Part shown: piece by piece, positions 16,586-24,000 of the stretch
Position numbering within the stretch: the stretch's first letter is position 1
How the letters are laid out: each line of letters begins with the position of its first letter
Made by a program: the position numbers and the translations under genes
Notes under the pieces: model-generated
Told to the model about the DNA's origin: nothing
The model's input: the letters and a program-made list of their open reading frames with translations, nothing else
Database searches by the model: none
Origin: Dickeya phage phiD3
Length of the DNA: 24,000 bases
Sequence record: KM209228.1
Strand: one strand, 5' to 3'

Positions 16586-17322
16586 TACGCTTTCCTCCAA
16601 AGTTTGTGGGTCATGTTTCTGCCGCTATGTACATGTCTCATCGAACCTTCACTCAGGCCATTCTCTTTACAAAATTTAGCGAGATTAAAGACGGTTACAA
16701 CAATCCCCTCGGGGTTCATGAATTTAAATTCCCTAGCATTTGCCTTGGAAATGTTTTCTCTTCCTTCCTTTGTCACCGCACCCTTGCAATTAGAATAATC
16801 AACCAAACCATCTTCAACAAGCCTCTTATTGGATTTTCGTATCTTATCCCTTGTCTGTTGGTCTACAACGCACCCGAAACGAGGATTATTCTCTCCCGAA
16901 CGATTCTTTCCGAACCAGAAATTCCGTTCTCCACGAACCCCCTTTTTCGCGTTAATCCTTTTCTGTTCTTCTATCGGTTTAGCCAACATTGTTTCCTGGG
17001 CTTTCTTAGAATAAATGCTTCTCTTAGAAGGATCTGAATTGATATGATTGAATGAACCATACCCACCGCATGTTAGGTTGTATGTATCCGGCCTGTCTAT
17101 GAATTCTTGTGTGACGATCCTGGCTTCTTCGGCGTACATCTCCTCGGATGTGTCACATATCTTCAAGATATCTTTTCTAAAGTTGTCGACACCATGTTTC
17201 CTAATTGCTCTCATTATCATATTACCGGATCCCATATAACCGTCATCCGGTTCACCTTTGTGAGCACCAACATATATCTTGCCGTTTAGAAGATTCGTTA
17301 TTTGGTAGACAAAGTATCTCAT
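16585..17322 (-). CDS. GIY-YIG homing endonuclease with NUMOD-like DNA-binding repeats
   Basis: YFVYQITNLLNGKIYVGAHKG; GENNPRFG...TRDKIRKSNK; VFNLAKFCKENGLSEGSMRHVHSG. TAATG junction with the gp4-like gene. Confidence 0.88.
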   Translation of the reverse strand: MRYFVYQITNLLNGKIYVGAHKGEPDDGYMGSGNMIMRAIRKHGVDNFRKDILKICDTSEEMYAEEARIVTQEFIDRPDTYNLTCGGYGSFNHINSDPSKRSIYSKKAQETMLAKPIEEQKRINAKKGVRGERNFWFGKNRSGENNPRFGCVVDQQTRDKIRKSNKRLVEDGLVDYSNCKGAVTKEGRENISKANAREFKFMNPEGIVVTVFNLAKFCKENGLSEGSMRHVHSGRNMTHKLWRKA

Positions 17323-17331
17323 AATCTAGTC

Positions 17332-17339
17332 CTAAATAG
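17332..17339 (+). promoter_or_regulatory. putative late-type promoter element CTAAATAG
   Basis: Resembles T4 late TATAAATA, located 33 nt upstream of ATG 17373. Confidence 0.4.
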
Positions 17340-17353
17340 CCGTAACACTCTAT

Positions 17354-17362
17354 CTATTTAAG
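17354..17362 (-). promoter_or_regulatory. putative late-type promoter element CTTAAATAG (minus strand)
   Basis: Mirror of the plus-strand element, located 31 nt upstream of the minus-strand start at 17322. Confidence 0.4.
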
Positions 17363-17372
17363 GGCTGAGACC

Positions 17373-18341
17373 ATGGCTGACTTCAAGAAGACAATCGATA
17401 AGATCAAAGTTCTGAACACGAAGGGATTGTCCCAGGCTCAGAAGCAACTGGTCTATCCTTTGGACGCCACGGGCGGTAAAACGCTCGGACACTATGTCCT
17501 ATTCAACATCAACCGCATCTCCGGTTCATCTTACGGTGACACGGCTACCCAGACTGTTGAGAACCCAATCCAGAACCCTCTGGGGAATACTCCTGTGGTC
17601 TATGGAGCCAAGTCCGGTTCCATCACCAAGTATGCATGGGCGCGTCACGTTCGTTCAAACGAATCCATCGTCTTGTGTATGCCCGAGTCCATTACAACCA
17701 ACTACGGCGTTGGCTGGAACGGTAGCGAGCTGGGGCTGGCTGGTATGGGGGCGCAGTTCCTTTCCCGCGCCGCTCAGGATATGACTCAGTTCAAGCTGGG
17801 GGATGCACTGAACGTCGGGAAGGAGATGGGTCGATTTACGGCGACCAAGGCCATCCAGTCTGCGTCGGAATCCATCCCGTTCCTGCCTACCATTAACGCC
17901 CATGACACCCTTGAGTTGTTTACGGGTACAATGACTAATCCTTACGTCGAAATGATCTTCCAGGGAGTCAGGAACAGGGAGATACCGTTCACATTCAAAT
18001 TCACACCGCGCTCTCAGAAGGAATCCAAGATGGTCCGTGAGATCATCCGCTTGTTCAAGATGCACATGTACCCAGAGTACAAGTACAACAAGAACTCCAG
18101 TGCCTTCTATCTCCATCCATCGACATTTGACATCACGTTCATGGTTAATGGGGAGCGAAACCAATGGCTGCACCGCATCTCTACCTGTGTTCTGTCCAAC
18201 ATGTTTGTGAACGAAACGCCAGACAGTTCATATTCTGTTCACAAGGACGATGGGATTGTGTCTACGCAGGTTGACATGACCTTCATCGAACTGGAGACTC
18301 TGCACAAAGGGCGCTTTGACACCGAAGGCGACAGCTTCTAA
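17373..18341 (+). CDS. baseplate tail tube cap / initiator protein (T4 gp48/gp54-like)
   Basis: IPFTFKFTPRSQKESKMVREIIRLFKMHMYPEY...FYLHPSTFDITFMVNGERNQWLHRISTCVLSNMFVNETP...FIELETL pattern. Confidence 0.8.
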   Translation: MADFKKTIDKIKVLNTKGLSQAQKQLVYPLDATGGKTLGHYVLFNINRISGSSYGDTATQTVENPIQNPLGNTPVVYGAKSGSITKYAWARHVRSNESIVLCMPESITTNYGVGWNGSELGLAGMGAQFLSRAAQDMTQFKLGDALNVGKEMGRFTATKAIQSASESIPFLPTINAHDTLELFTGTMTNPYVEMIFQGVRNREIPFTFKFTPRSQKESKMVREIIRLFKMHMYPEYKYNKNSSAFYLHPSTFDITFMVNGERNQWLHRISTCVLSNMFVNETPDSSYSVHKDDGIVSTQVDMTFIELETLHKGRFDTEGDSF

Positions 18342-18353
18342 ACCAGATTCGTG

Positions 18354-18362
18354 GTATAATGA
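18354..18362 (+). promoter_or_regulatory. putative extended -10 promoter TGGTATAAT
   Basis: TGnTATAAT match 24 nt before ATG 18386; no -35 at normal spacing. Confidence 0.5.
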
Positions 18363-18385
18363 AGTAGCCAATAAGAGGATTTATT

Positions 18386-20029
18386 ATGCCACGAATCGTC
18401 CAAGAAAAAGAGTGTGCTTGCTGTCATACTGCGTTCAAGCCTAAGCAGGCGAGGTCACTCTACTGCAATATCTTGTGTGAACGTTTTATGTCATCCCCTG
18501 TCATCAGAAGCCTCGACATAGACAACCTTCCTAAAAACTCGGATGAGTGCAAGGAATGGGTTGTGAAATACTTCTTCACCAAACAAGGTAATGTCAATTC
18601 AAAATTACTCAGGCATCCACTTTTGTTGAGTTATACGGGGGTGGATGTTATGGGGTATTTGTCTGAGCATAACAGTTTAACGGATTTCAGATCTTCTGTT
18701 TCGGCATGGTTATACGATCTGAATAACACTGGTTGTATTGTCTGTGGTAAGGAGACTACAATAGATTTTGATGCTGAGGGTGGTCCAGCATACAGGGAAT
18801 TCTGTTCCAACAAATGTATGAAAGAATCTATGAAGACTGGAGGTGTCTGTAGGGAAAGAATGAATGAGACCATGATGGGGAAATATGGCGTTTCCCACGC
18901 CCTACAGAACAAAGAAATAATGGAGAAAGCCAAAGAAACAAGTATTGAAAGATTTGGCGTAGAATATGCTATGCAATCAGAAGAAATAAAACAAAGAACT
19001 GTCAAAACCAATCAAACCAGATATGGGGTTGACTTTCCTATGAGCCACCCTCCTATCGTATCAAAATCCAGAAGTATGTTGAGGATAAGCTGTATCGAGA
19101 AATATGGGGTTCCAACTGTTATGGATGATCCCAGCATGTGGAAATACATCACATCATTTCAACATAACTCCTCCAAACCAGAAAAAGAAATTACTTCGTT
19201 CCTTGAGTCCCATGGAGTGAAATGCATCACTGGTGATTACAGCGTGTTGGCGGGGAAAAGACTCCAACTGGACATCTACTGCCCAGAACACAAACTGGCA
19301 ATTGAATTTAACGGCCTATACTGGCACACAGAACAACAGAAACCGGGGAAGGAATATCATCTGGACAAAACCAGATTGTGTGAAGCCCGGGGTATTCAGT
19401 TAATCCACATCTGGGAAGATGAGTGGCGTGACAAACCTGATATTGTGAAGGGTATGATTTTGGCCAAGTTGGGTGTGAAAGGGCCGTTGTCTTATGCTCG
19501 AAAACACAGAATCAGTTCACTCAAACCTCTTGAATGCAACCAATTCTTAGAACAACACCATATACAGGGAAGTGTGGCATTCTCATCACTACGGTTAGGT
19601 CTTGAGGACAAAGAAGGAAATGCCCAGGCGGTGATGGTATTTACCAAACGGACACATGGTACTGAATTGGTGAGATTTGCGTCTAATGGTTGTCATGGTG
19701 CGTTTAGCAAACTACTATCTCACGCTATAAAATACTGTCTTGATCCGACCCAGACAGTATATTCTTTTGGGGATCGTTGTGTTGTGAGTAGATTGAAAAA
19801 TGTTTACCTACAAAATGGGTTTATAGAAAAGGAAGTTCTTGCTCCGGACTATAAATATGTTGATAAACAATATTCAACTCGCACTCACAAATTCTCATAT
19901 AGAAAAGATAAATTTAAAGAACTCGGTTATGAAATAGAGGGTAAAACGGAAGACATGTTGGCCGAGGAAGCCAGGCTATCGCGTATCTGGGGATGCGGGT
20001 TGGTGAGATACGAATTCCAGAGGAAGTGA
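18386..20029 (+). CDS. large free-standing homing endonuclease with Vsr/EDxHD-like nuclease domain and repeated DNA-binding segments
   Basis: LQLDIYCPEHKLAIEFNGLYWHTEQQ...YHLDKTRLCEARGIQLIHIWEDEW; three KYGV/RFGVEYAMQ.EEI..R / RYGVDFPM repeats; Cys pairs CACC..C, CIVCG. Confidence 0.82.
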   Translation: MPRIVQEKECACCHTAFKPKQARSLYCNILCERFMSSPVIRSLDIDNLPKNSDECKEWVVKYFFTKQGNVNSKLLRHPLLLSYTGVDVMGYLSEHNSLTDFRSSVSAWLYDLNNTGCIVCGKETTIDFDAEGGPAYREFCSNKCMKESMKTGGVCRERMNETMMGKYGVSHALQNKEIMEKAKETSIERFGVEYAMQSEEIKQRTVKTNQTRYGVDFPMSHPPIVSKSRSMLRISCIEKYGVPTVMDDPSMWKYITSFQHNSSKPEKEITSFLESHGVKCITGDYSVLAGKRLQLDIYCPEHKLAIEFNGLYWHTEQQKPGKEYHLDKTRLCEARGIQLIHIWEDEWRDKPDIVKGMILAKLGVKGPLSYARKHRISSLKPLECNQFLEQHHIQGSVAFSSLRLGLEDKEGNAQAVMVFTKRTHGTELVRFASNGCHGAFSKLLSHAIKYCLDPTQTVYSFGDRCVVSRLKNVYLQNGFIEKEVLAPDYKYVDKQYSTRTHKFSYRKDKFKELGYEIEGKTEDMLAEEARLSRIWGCGLVRYEFQRK

Positions 20030-20031
20030 AC

Positions 20032-20586
20032 ATGAAATATTTTGAGAAATTCCCGCTCGTCTGGCACCAATTGCTGGATGTACAGGAGCAAGACACCATC
20101 CTTCTGCAGAACTTAACGCGACGGGTGATGATCCTACAGAAAATTAAGGACATCGAAGGGCTTCTCCTGCCTTATTCTGTCCAAGAGGGGGAAACCCCAA
20201 GGTCGTTCGCAGAGCGCGTCTATGGTTCCTTCGAGCTGTTTTGGATACCATGTCTGATAAATGGAATCATGGACATCAACAAGGACTGGCCAAAACCGGA
20301 GCGGCGCATTGTTGAAGAACTGACTGCGGACTACGGCATTGACGGTATGTGGGATACGGCCTATTATGTTGACCAGTTCAATAACGTGACGGATGCTCGA
20401 GCTATCAAATTTGCATATGGTCTGGACCTTGATGAGCCGTCCATCATTGCTAACTACGGTCTGACAGCAGTATCATATCATGATGACGCAATTAGCAAGA
20501 ACGATGCCAAGCGAAATATCCAGGTGCTCGACCCAGATTATGTGTCATCGTTCGTGAATCAGCTGGAGCAGGAGTTGGCGAAATGA
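20032..20586 (+). CDS. 53: baseplate wedge protein, T4 gp53-like
   Basis: MKYFEKFPLVWHQL...LLPYSVQEGETPRSFAERVYGSFELFWIPCLINGIMDINKDWP. Start refined to 20032, just after the homing endonuclease stop. Confidence 0.72.
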   Translation: MKYFEKFPLVWHQLLDVQEQDTILLQNLTRRVMILQKIKDIEGLLLPYSVQEGETPRSFAERVYGSFELFWIPCLINGIMDINKDWPKPERRIVEELTADYGIDGMWDTAYYVDQFNNVTDARAIKFAYGLDLDEPSIIANYGLTAVSYHDDAISKNDAKRNIQVLDPDYVSSFVNQLEQELAK

Positions 20587-21971
20587 TCGAAAACAGAGAG
20601 ACCCAAGACGGTATTGTAACACCGTCGACAACATTTGACCTGAAGTATATGGCGATCCTCCCTCACACCCCACAGGGCGGCACCCCAACGCCATATGACC
20701 TGACGGCGCTGTTTGAGGAGTTCAACGTCTTTCAGGATCTGGGTCTTGAAGGACAGGCTTCTCCATCTCTGACGGCGAACATCCTTATCAAAGAGGGCTG
20801 GGATATCCTCGATACGATGCCTATCCTCGGCGGCGAAGAAGTGGTTGTTGCATTCAAGACACCAGCAGCTTCCGATTACACCACGCTGTCTCTGCGCGTG
20901 AGCCGTGTCGGGCGCGTTGCTGATGAGTCCAACAGCTCATCCAAGAAGGCATTCTGGCTTCACCTCGTGACGTCTGATGCTTACAAGGACAGCATGATTC
21001 GTTGTTCCATCGGTCTGAGTGGTTCGTATTCAGAGATGGCGACCACAATCTTCAATCAGCTGGAATCCCGTACGAAGTTCGAAGACATCGATCCCACATA
21101 TGGCATACAAGAGAGATTTGCAACACCTCTCTGGCCTGTGCTTCGATCCATAGACTACATGGCCACACGTTCGTATGACGAATTGTTCATGCCATTCGTC
21201 TTCTACGAGGATTTTGACGGGTATCATTTCAAGAGCCTGACGACCCTCTTCAATCAGGGTAATCAGTCTCTGACGGCAGAAGAGAAGCAGGAGTTGGCGA
21301 ACCAGAACAAATTGTTCCGTGATCCTCAGGACGCTCCGCTCATGCAGGACAACAACTTCAACTCCGAGCGCTTCATGCGCACAATCATCAAGGCAGAGAA
21401 GAAGTTGGCTCGTGATCAGTACATGGCCAACTACCGTGATATCCTGGCGGTGAATGAGCGTGTCTACGACTTTGAAACCAAGACTGCGACTGCGACACAG
21501 CGTGTCTACACTGAATGGTTTGCAGAGACGGCTCACCTGGACCCGTTCCCAATGTTCTCAGACGAATTCGATCGACAGAACGTCCGTTACATCGAAGCCC
21601 AGCCGGACGGCGCGGAGCAGATTGATTATGCCCGGCGTGTGATCAATTTCAGTCTGGCGAGTACTGTCATGCGAGTACTGCTGGTCGGGGATAACCGCCT
21701 CAATGTTGGCAAGGTATTCTATATCGAGGATCAATCCAACCGTCCTAAGAAGAATGAAAACCTGGCTGAGTTAAGTAAGTTATCCACAGGCCACTATATC
21801 GTGACCAAGGTACGTCACAAGATATCCCGCCTGACAAAAGATTATCAGTGCATTGCCGAGATCGCCAAGGACAGTATGCTGGAGCAGGTGTTACCACCAC
21901 AAACTAATCAGACAACCGCTTCCACCACTACCCCGACCGCGATTGAAAAAGGGCAGTCCCAGAAGGTTTAA
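20583..21971 (+). CDS. probable baseplate hub protein (T4 gp27-like)
   Basis: Position in the baseplate block; hub-like content (PSLTANILIKEGWDILDTMPILGGEEVVVAFKTP...GHYIVTKVRHKISRLTKDYQC). ATGA overlap with upstream gene. Confidence 0.55.
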   Translation: MIENRETQDGIVTPSTTFDLKYMAILPHTPQGGTPTPYDLTALFEEFNVFQDLGLEGQASPSLTANILIKEGWDILDTMPILGGEEVVVAFKTPAASDYTTLSLRVSRVGRVADESNSSSKKAFWLHLVTSDAYKDSMIRCSIGLSGSYSEMATTIFNQLESRTKFEDIDPTYGIQERFATPLWPVLRSIDYMATRSYDELFMPFVFYEDFDGYHFKSLTTLFNQGNQSLTAEEKQELANQNKLFRDPQDAPLMQDNNFNSERFMRTIIKAEKKLARDQYMANYRDILAVNERVYDFETKTATATQRVYTEWFAETAHLDPFPMFSDEFDRQNVRYIEAQPDGAEQIDYARRVINFSLASTVMRVLLVGDNRLNVGKVFYIEDQSNRPKKNENLAELSKLSTGHYIVTKVRHKISRLTKDYQCIAEIAKDSMLEQVLPPQTNQTTASTTTPTAIEKGQSQKV

Positions 21972-21981
21972 GAGGTGAATC

Positions 21982-23931
21982 ATGGCAGATCCGGCAGAGA
22001 AGTCACAATCCGATGTGGTCAAAGTTCTAGACAAGATCAAGACGGAGATGATGCAACGCAAGCAACTCCGTGCACAGAACGAGACCAACAAACAGCTTGA
22101 GCGGATGAACAAAAATCTGTCTAAGCTGGAGTCGGCTTCTAAACAAGAGCAAAAGGCTGATGCCAAGCCTTTTGAAATCCGCTTCCCGACTGTCACAGAG
22201 ATAGTCCAGGGCTTTGCCCGTATGTCTCCGATCTTCACCCGTGACTTCGGCGTATGGATGAAAGACAGCATTGACACCAATGTTGAGGGAAACCGCGAAC
22301 TGGAGAACATCGCTGGTAAGATTGAGCGCCTTGGTGACATCACTCGCATGCCAGCCGACGACACGTCTGTTGAATATCTGAACCTCATCTCAGATCAATT
22401 GAAAGCATCCAACGACGACTCTCTGAAGCGCATGGATGAGCAAGGTCTATCTCTGGTGCGCATGGGTTCCTTCCTGAACATGATGGATGGAGTACTCATT
22501 GAGATCCGTGATGACACTGCCGATGTCAAGAAGAACTCTGATGAGAGCCTTGTGCGTCTTTCCAAAATCGAAGACAAACTTGGTCGCGTTGGTGGGCACA
22601 TCGTCGGAGCGTTAACCCGTATCTTCGATGAAGACCAGAAGTGGCGTGAGAAGGACGAGATGCGCCGTGGGGAGACCGACAAAGAAACGGGCGGCCATCC
22701 TCAGGCGGGTTCTGTTATCCCCAAAGACGATGACCAGAAGGATGACTCTTCCGGTATCGGCGCAGCGGTGGCCGCCATGCTTGGCCTGAACGCGCTGAAG
22801 GGGTTCCTCCTCAAACCATTCAAGATCATCGGCGGCGTTGTCGGGACTTTCCTCGGCATGTTCTCCAAGCTGGGTGATGGTATCAGCAAGTTGCTTGGTC
22901 CGTTTGGCAAGGTATTCAAGTTCCTGAAGGTAGGTCCATTGGCTCTACTGTCCATGATCTGGGACTTTGGTAAAGGCTTCATCAATGCGAAAGAGATCCT
23001 AGGCAAGGGTACAGTGACAATCGTCGACCGAGTACGGGCGGGGATATCAGAACTGGTCGGTGGATTTGGCGACCTGTTTGACTGGGTGTCCAAGATCTTT
23101 GGCTTTGATACAGAGGCTGGCGAAACCCTGCGCAAATATACTCTCATGCTCACTGAGGCTCCCGCTCGCTGGCTGAATGGTATTGTAGACTGGATTAGTA
23201 ACGACTTGTTTGCAGGCATCGGGAGAGGCACGTCTCTTACGGATATCCCTGGCAAGCTGGCGGACAACCTTCAGTCGGAATTGATGAAGCTGGTCGACTG
23301 GTTCACTGGGGGTATCAGTGGTGTTATCGACGAGGGTATGGGTGTCGCTAACAAGGTCATCGACGACATCAAGAAAGGATTTGCGGACAACGTGAAGAAA
23401 CCCTTCTTCAACATGCTGAACGCTATCACCAACGCGATGTTCGATATCGTGGACAAGTTCGTCAGCATCATCCCTGACTCTCTGGGCGGCGCGGCGGCGA
23501 AGCAGAAGATGGATGAGGCTCGCCAGTCTATGCTGATTGGCACAGATGAGAATCCGTCTCCTAATACGACAGCGGCCTCTCAACCACAAACGCCTCCACA
23601 GCCGAATATCGATCCTCAGACCCTGACGCCGATGCCATCTGGCGTGTCTTCAGATTACAAGAATGTGACTGATGACCGATACTCTCAGATGAAGGAGGCA
23701 TATAGTTCAATCGGTAGTTCATTGGTAACCGCCAAACCAGCTCAAGGCAGAGCAATATCTAATGTCGAGCAAGTTCAGGGCGGTTATGCCAATCCTCCGG
23801 CCAGCGTCGTCATGCCTGTGCAGCAGAACGTGGACGCTTCCAAGAAGATCAACACAACCAACAACTTCAACAGTTCTTCACTTGAACCAGAGAACAAGAC
23901 CGACTCGGCTCGTATCCTCTGGGATTGGTGA
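21982..23931 (+). CDS. probable tail tape measure / baseplate hub protein, 649 aa
   Basis: N-terminal coiled-coil-like region, central glycine-rich hydrophobic helices (LKGFLLKPFKIIGGVVGTFLGMFSKLGDGISKLLGPFGK), disordered C-terminus; last gene of tail block in window. Confidence 0.5.
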   Translation: MADPAEKSQSDVVKVLDKIKTEMMQRKQLRAQNETNKQLERMNKNLSKLESASKQEQKADAKPFEIRFPTVTEIVQGFARMSPIFTRDFGVWMKDSIDTNVEGNRELENIAGKIERLGDITRMPADDTSVEYLNLISDQLKASNDDSLKRMDEQGLSLVRMGSFLNMMDGVLIEIRDDTADVKKNSDESLVRLSKIEDKLGRVGGHIVGALTRIFDEDQKWREKDEMRRGETDKETGGHPQAGSVIPKDDDQKDDSSGIGAAVAAMLGLNALKGFLLKPFKIIGGVVGTFLGMFSKLGDGISKLLGPFGKVFKFLKVGPLALLSMIWDFGKGFINAKEILGKGTVTIVDRVRAGISELVGGFGDLFDWVSKIFGFDTEAGETLRKYTLMLTEAPARWLNGIVDWISNDLFAGIGRGTSLTDIPGKLADNLQSELMKLVDWFTGGISGVIDEGMGVANKVIDDIKKGFADNVKKPFFNMLNAITNAMFDIVDKFVSIIPDSLGGAAAKQKMDEARQSMLIGTDENPSPNTTAASQPQTPPQPNIDPQTLTPMPSGVSSDYKNVTDDRYSQMKEAYSSIGSSLVTAKPAQGRAISNVEQVQGGYANPPASVVMPVQQNVDASKKINTTNNFNSSSLEPENKTDSARILWDW

Positions 23932-23938
23932 TCAGATT

Positions 23939-23962
23939 CCGTGGGCTTGTATTAGCCCACGG
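23939..23962 (+). terminator. terminator-like hairpin after the tape-measure candidate
   Basis: CCGTGGGC TTGTATTA GCCCACGG; 8-bp stem followed by a weak T-rich tract AGTCTTCCTTTC. Confidence 0.65.
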
Positions 23963-24000
23963 AGTCTTCCTTTCGAATACGTTGTATCCTCATCTGGCAC

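Noticed and set aside
16346-16798. 150-aa plus-strand ORF opposite the gp4-like and GIY-YIG genes
   Set aside because: Both opposing minus-strand genes have clear family motifs.
18318-18323. TTGACA as -35 for the TATAAT at 18357
   Set aside because: Spacer is 33 nt, far too long; within the gp48/54-like coding region.
22701-23267. 188-aa and 180-aa minus-strand ORFs opposite the tape-measure candidate
   Set aside because: Low-complexity, Ser/Pro-rich or Arg-rich translations typical of antisense reading; plus-strand frame is continuous.
1-24000. CRISPR arrays, tRNA genes, introns or diversity-generating repeats
   Set aside because: No regularly spaced direct repeats, cloverleaf-like clusters or split core genes recognised by eye. 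A tRNAscan/repeat search was not possible and would be decisive.

Overview
This 24 kb window looks like part of a lytic T4-related (myovirus) phage genome. The family match comes from protein motifs recalled from memory, not from a search. Core genes I can support, left to right: rIIA-like GHKL ATPase, rIIB-like protein, type II topoisomerase large subunit (unsplit gp39/gp60-like), topoisomerase medium subunit (gp52-like), a dCMP/cytidine deaminase-family protein, and a baseplate/head-completion block (gp4-like on the minus strand, gp48/gp54-like tube protein, gp53-like wedge, probable gp27-like hub, probable tape-measure/hub protein). Three free-standing homing endonucleases of three different nuclease families (HNH, GIY-YIG, Vsr/EDxHD-like) sit in junctions next to core genes. 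Accessory genes include an Ig-like domain protein, a MazG-like protein, a membrane-anchored bacterial PH-domain protein, and several small Cys-rich or basic proteins. Most interesting observations: the trio of homing endonucleases; a symmetric pair of opposed TAAATA motifs that may be divergent late promoters; an apparent -1 frame break in a small CPGC/FTPSLL-family gene; a duplicated HTH at the rIIB N-terminus; a small ORF absent from the supplied track; and paired terminator/promoter junctions. I see no clear, wholly new biological system, and no tRNA or CRISPR array was recognised by eye.
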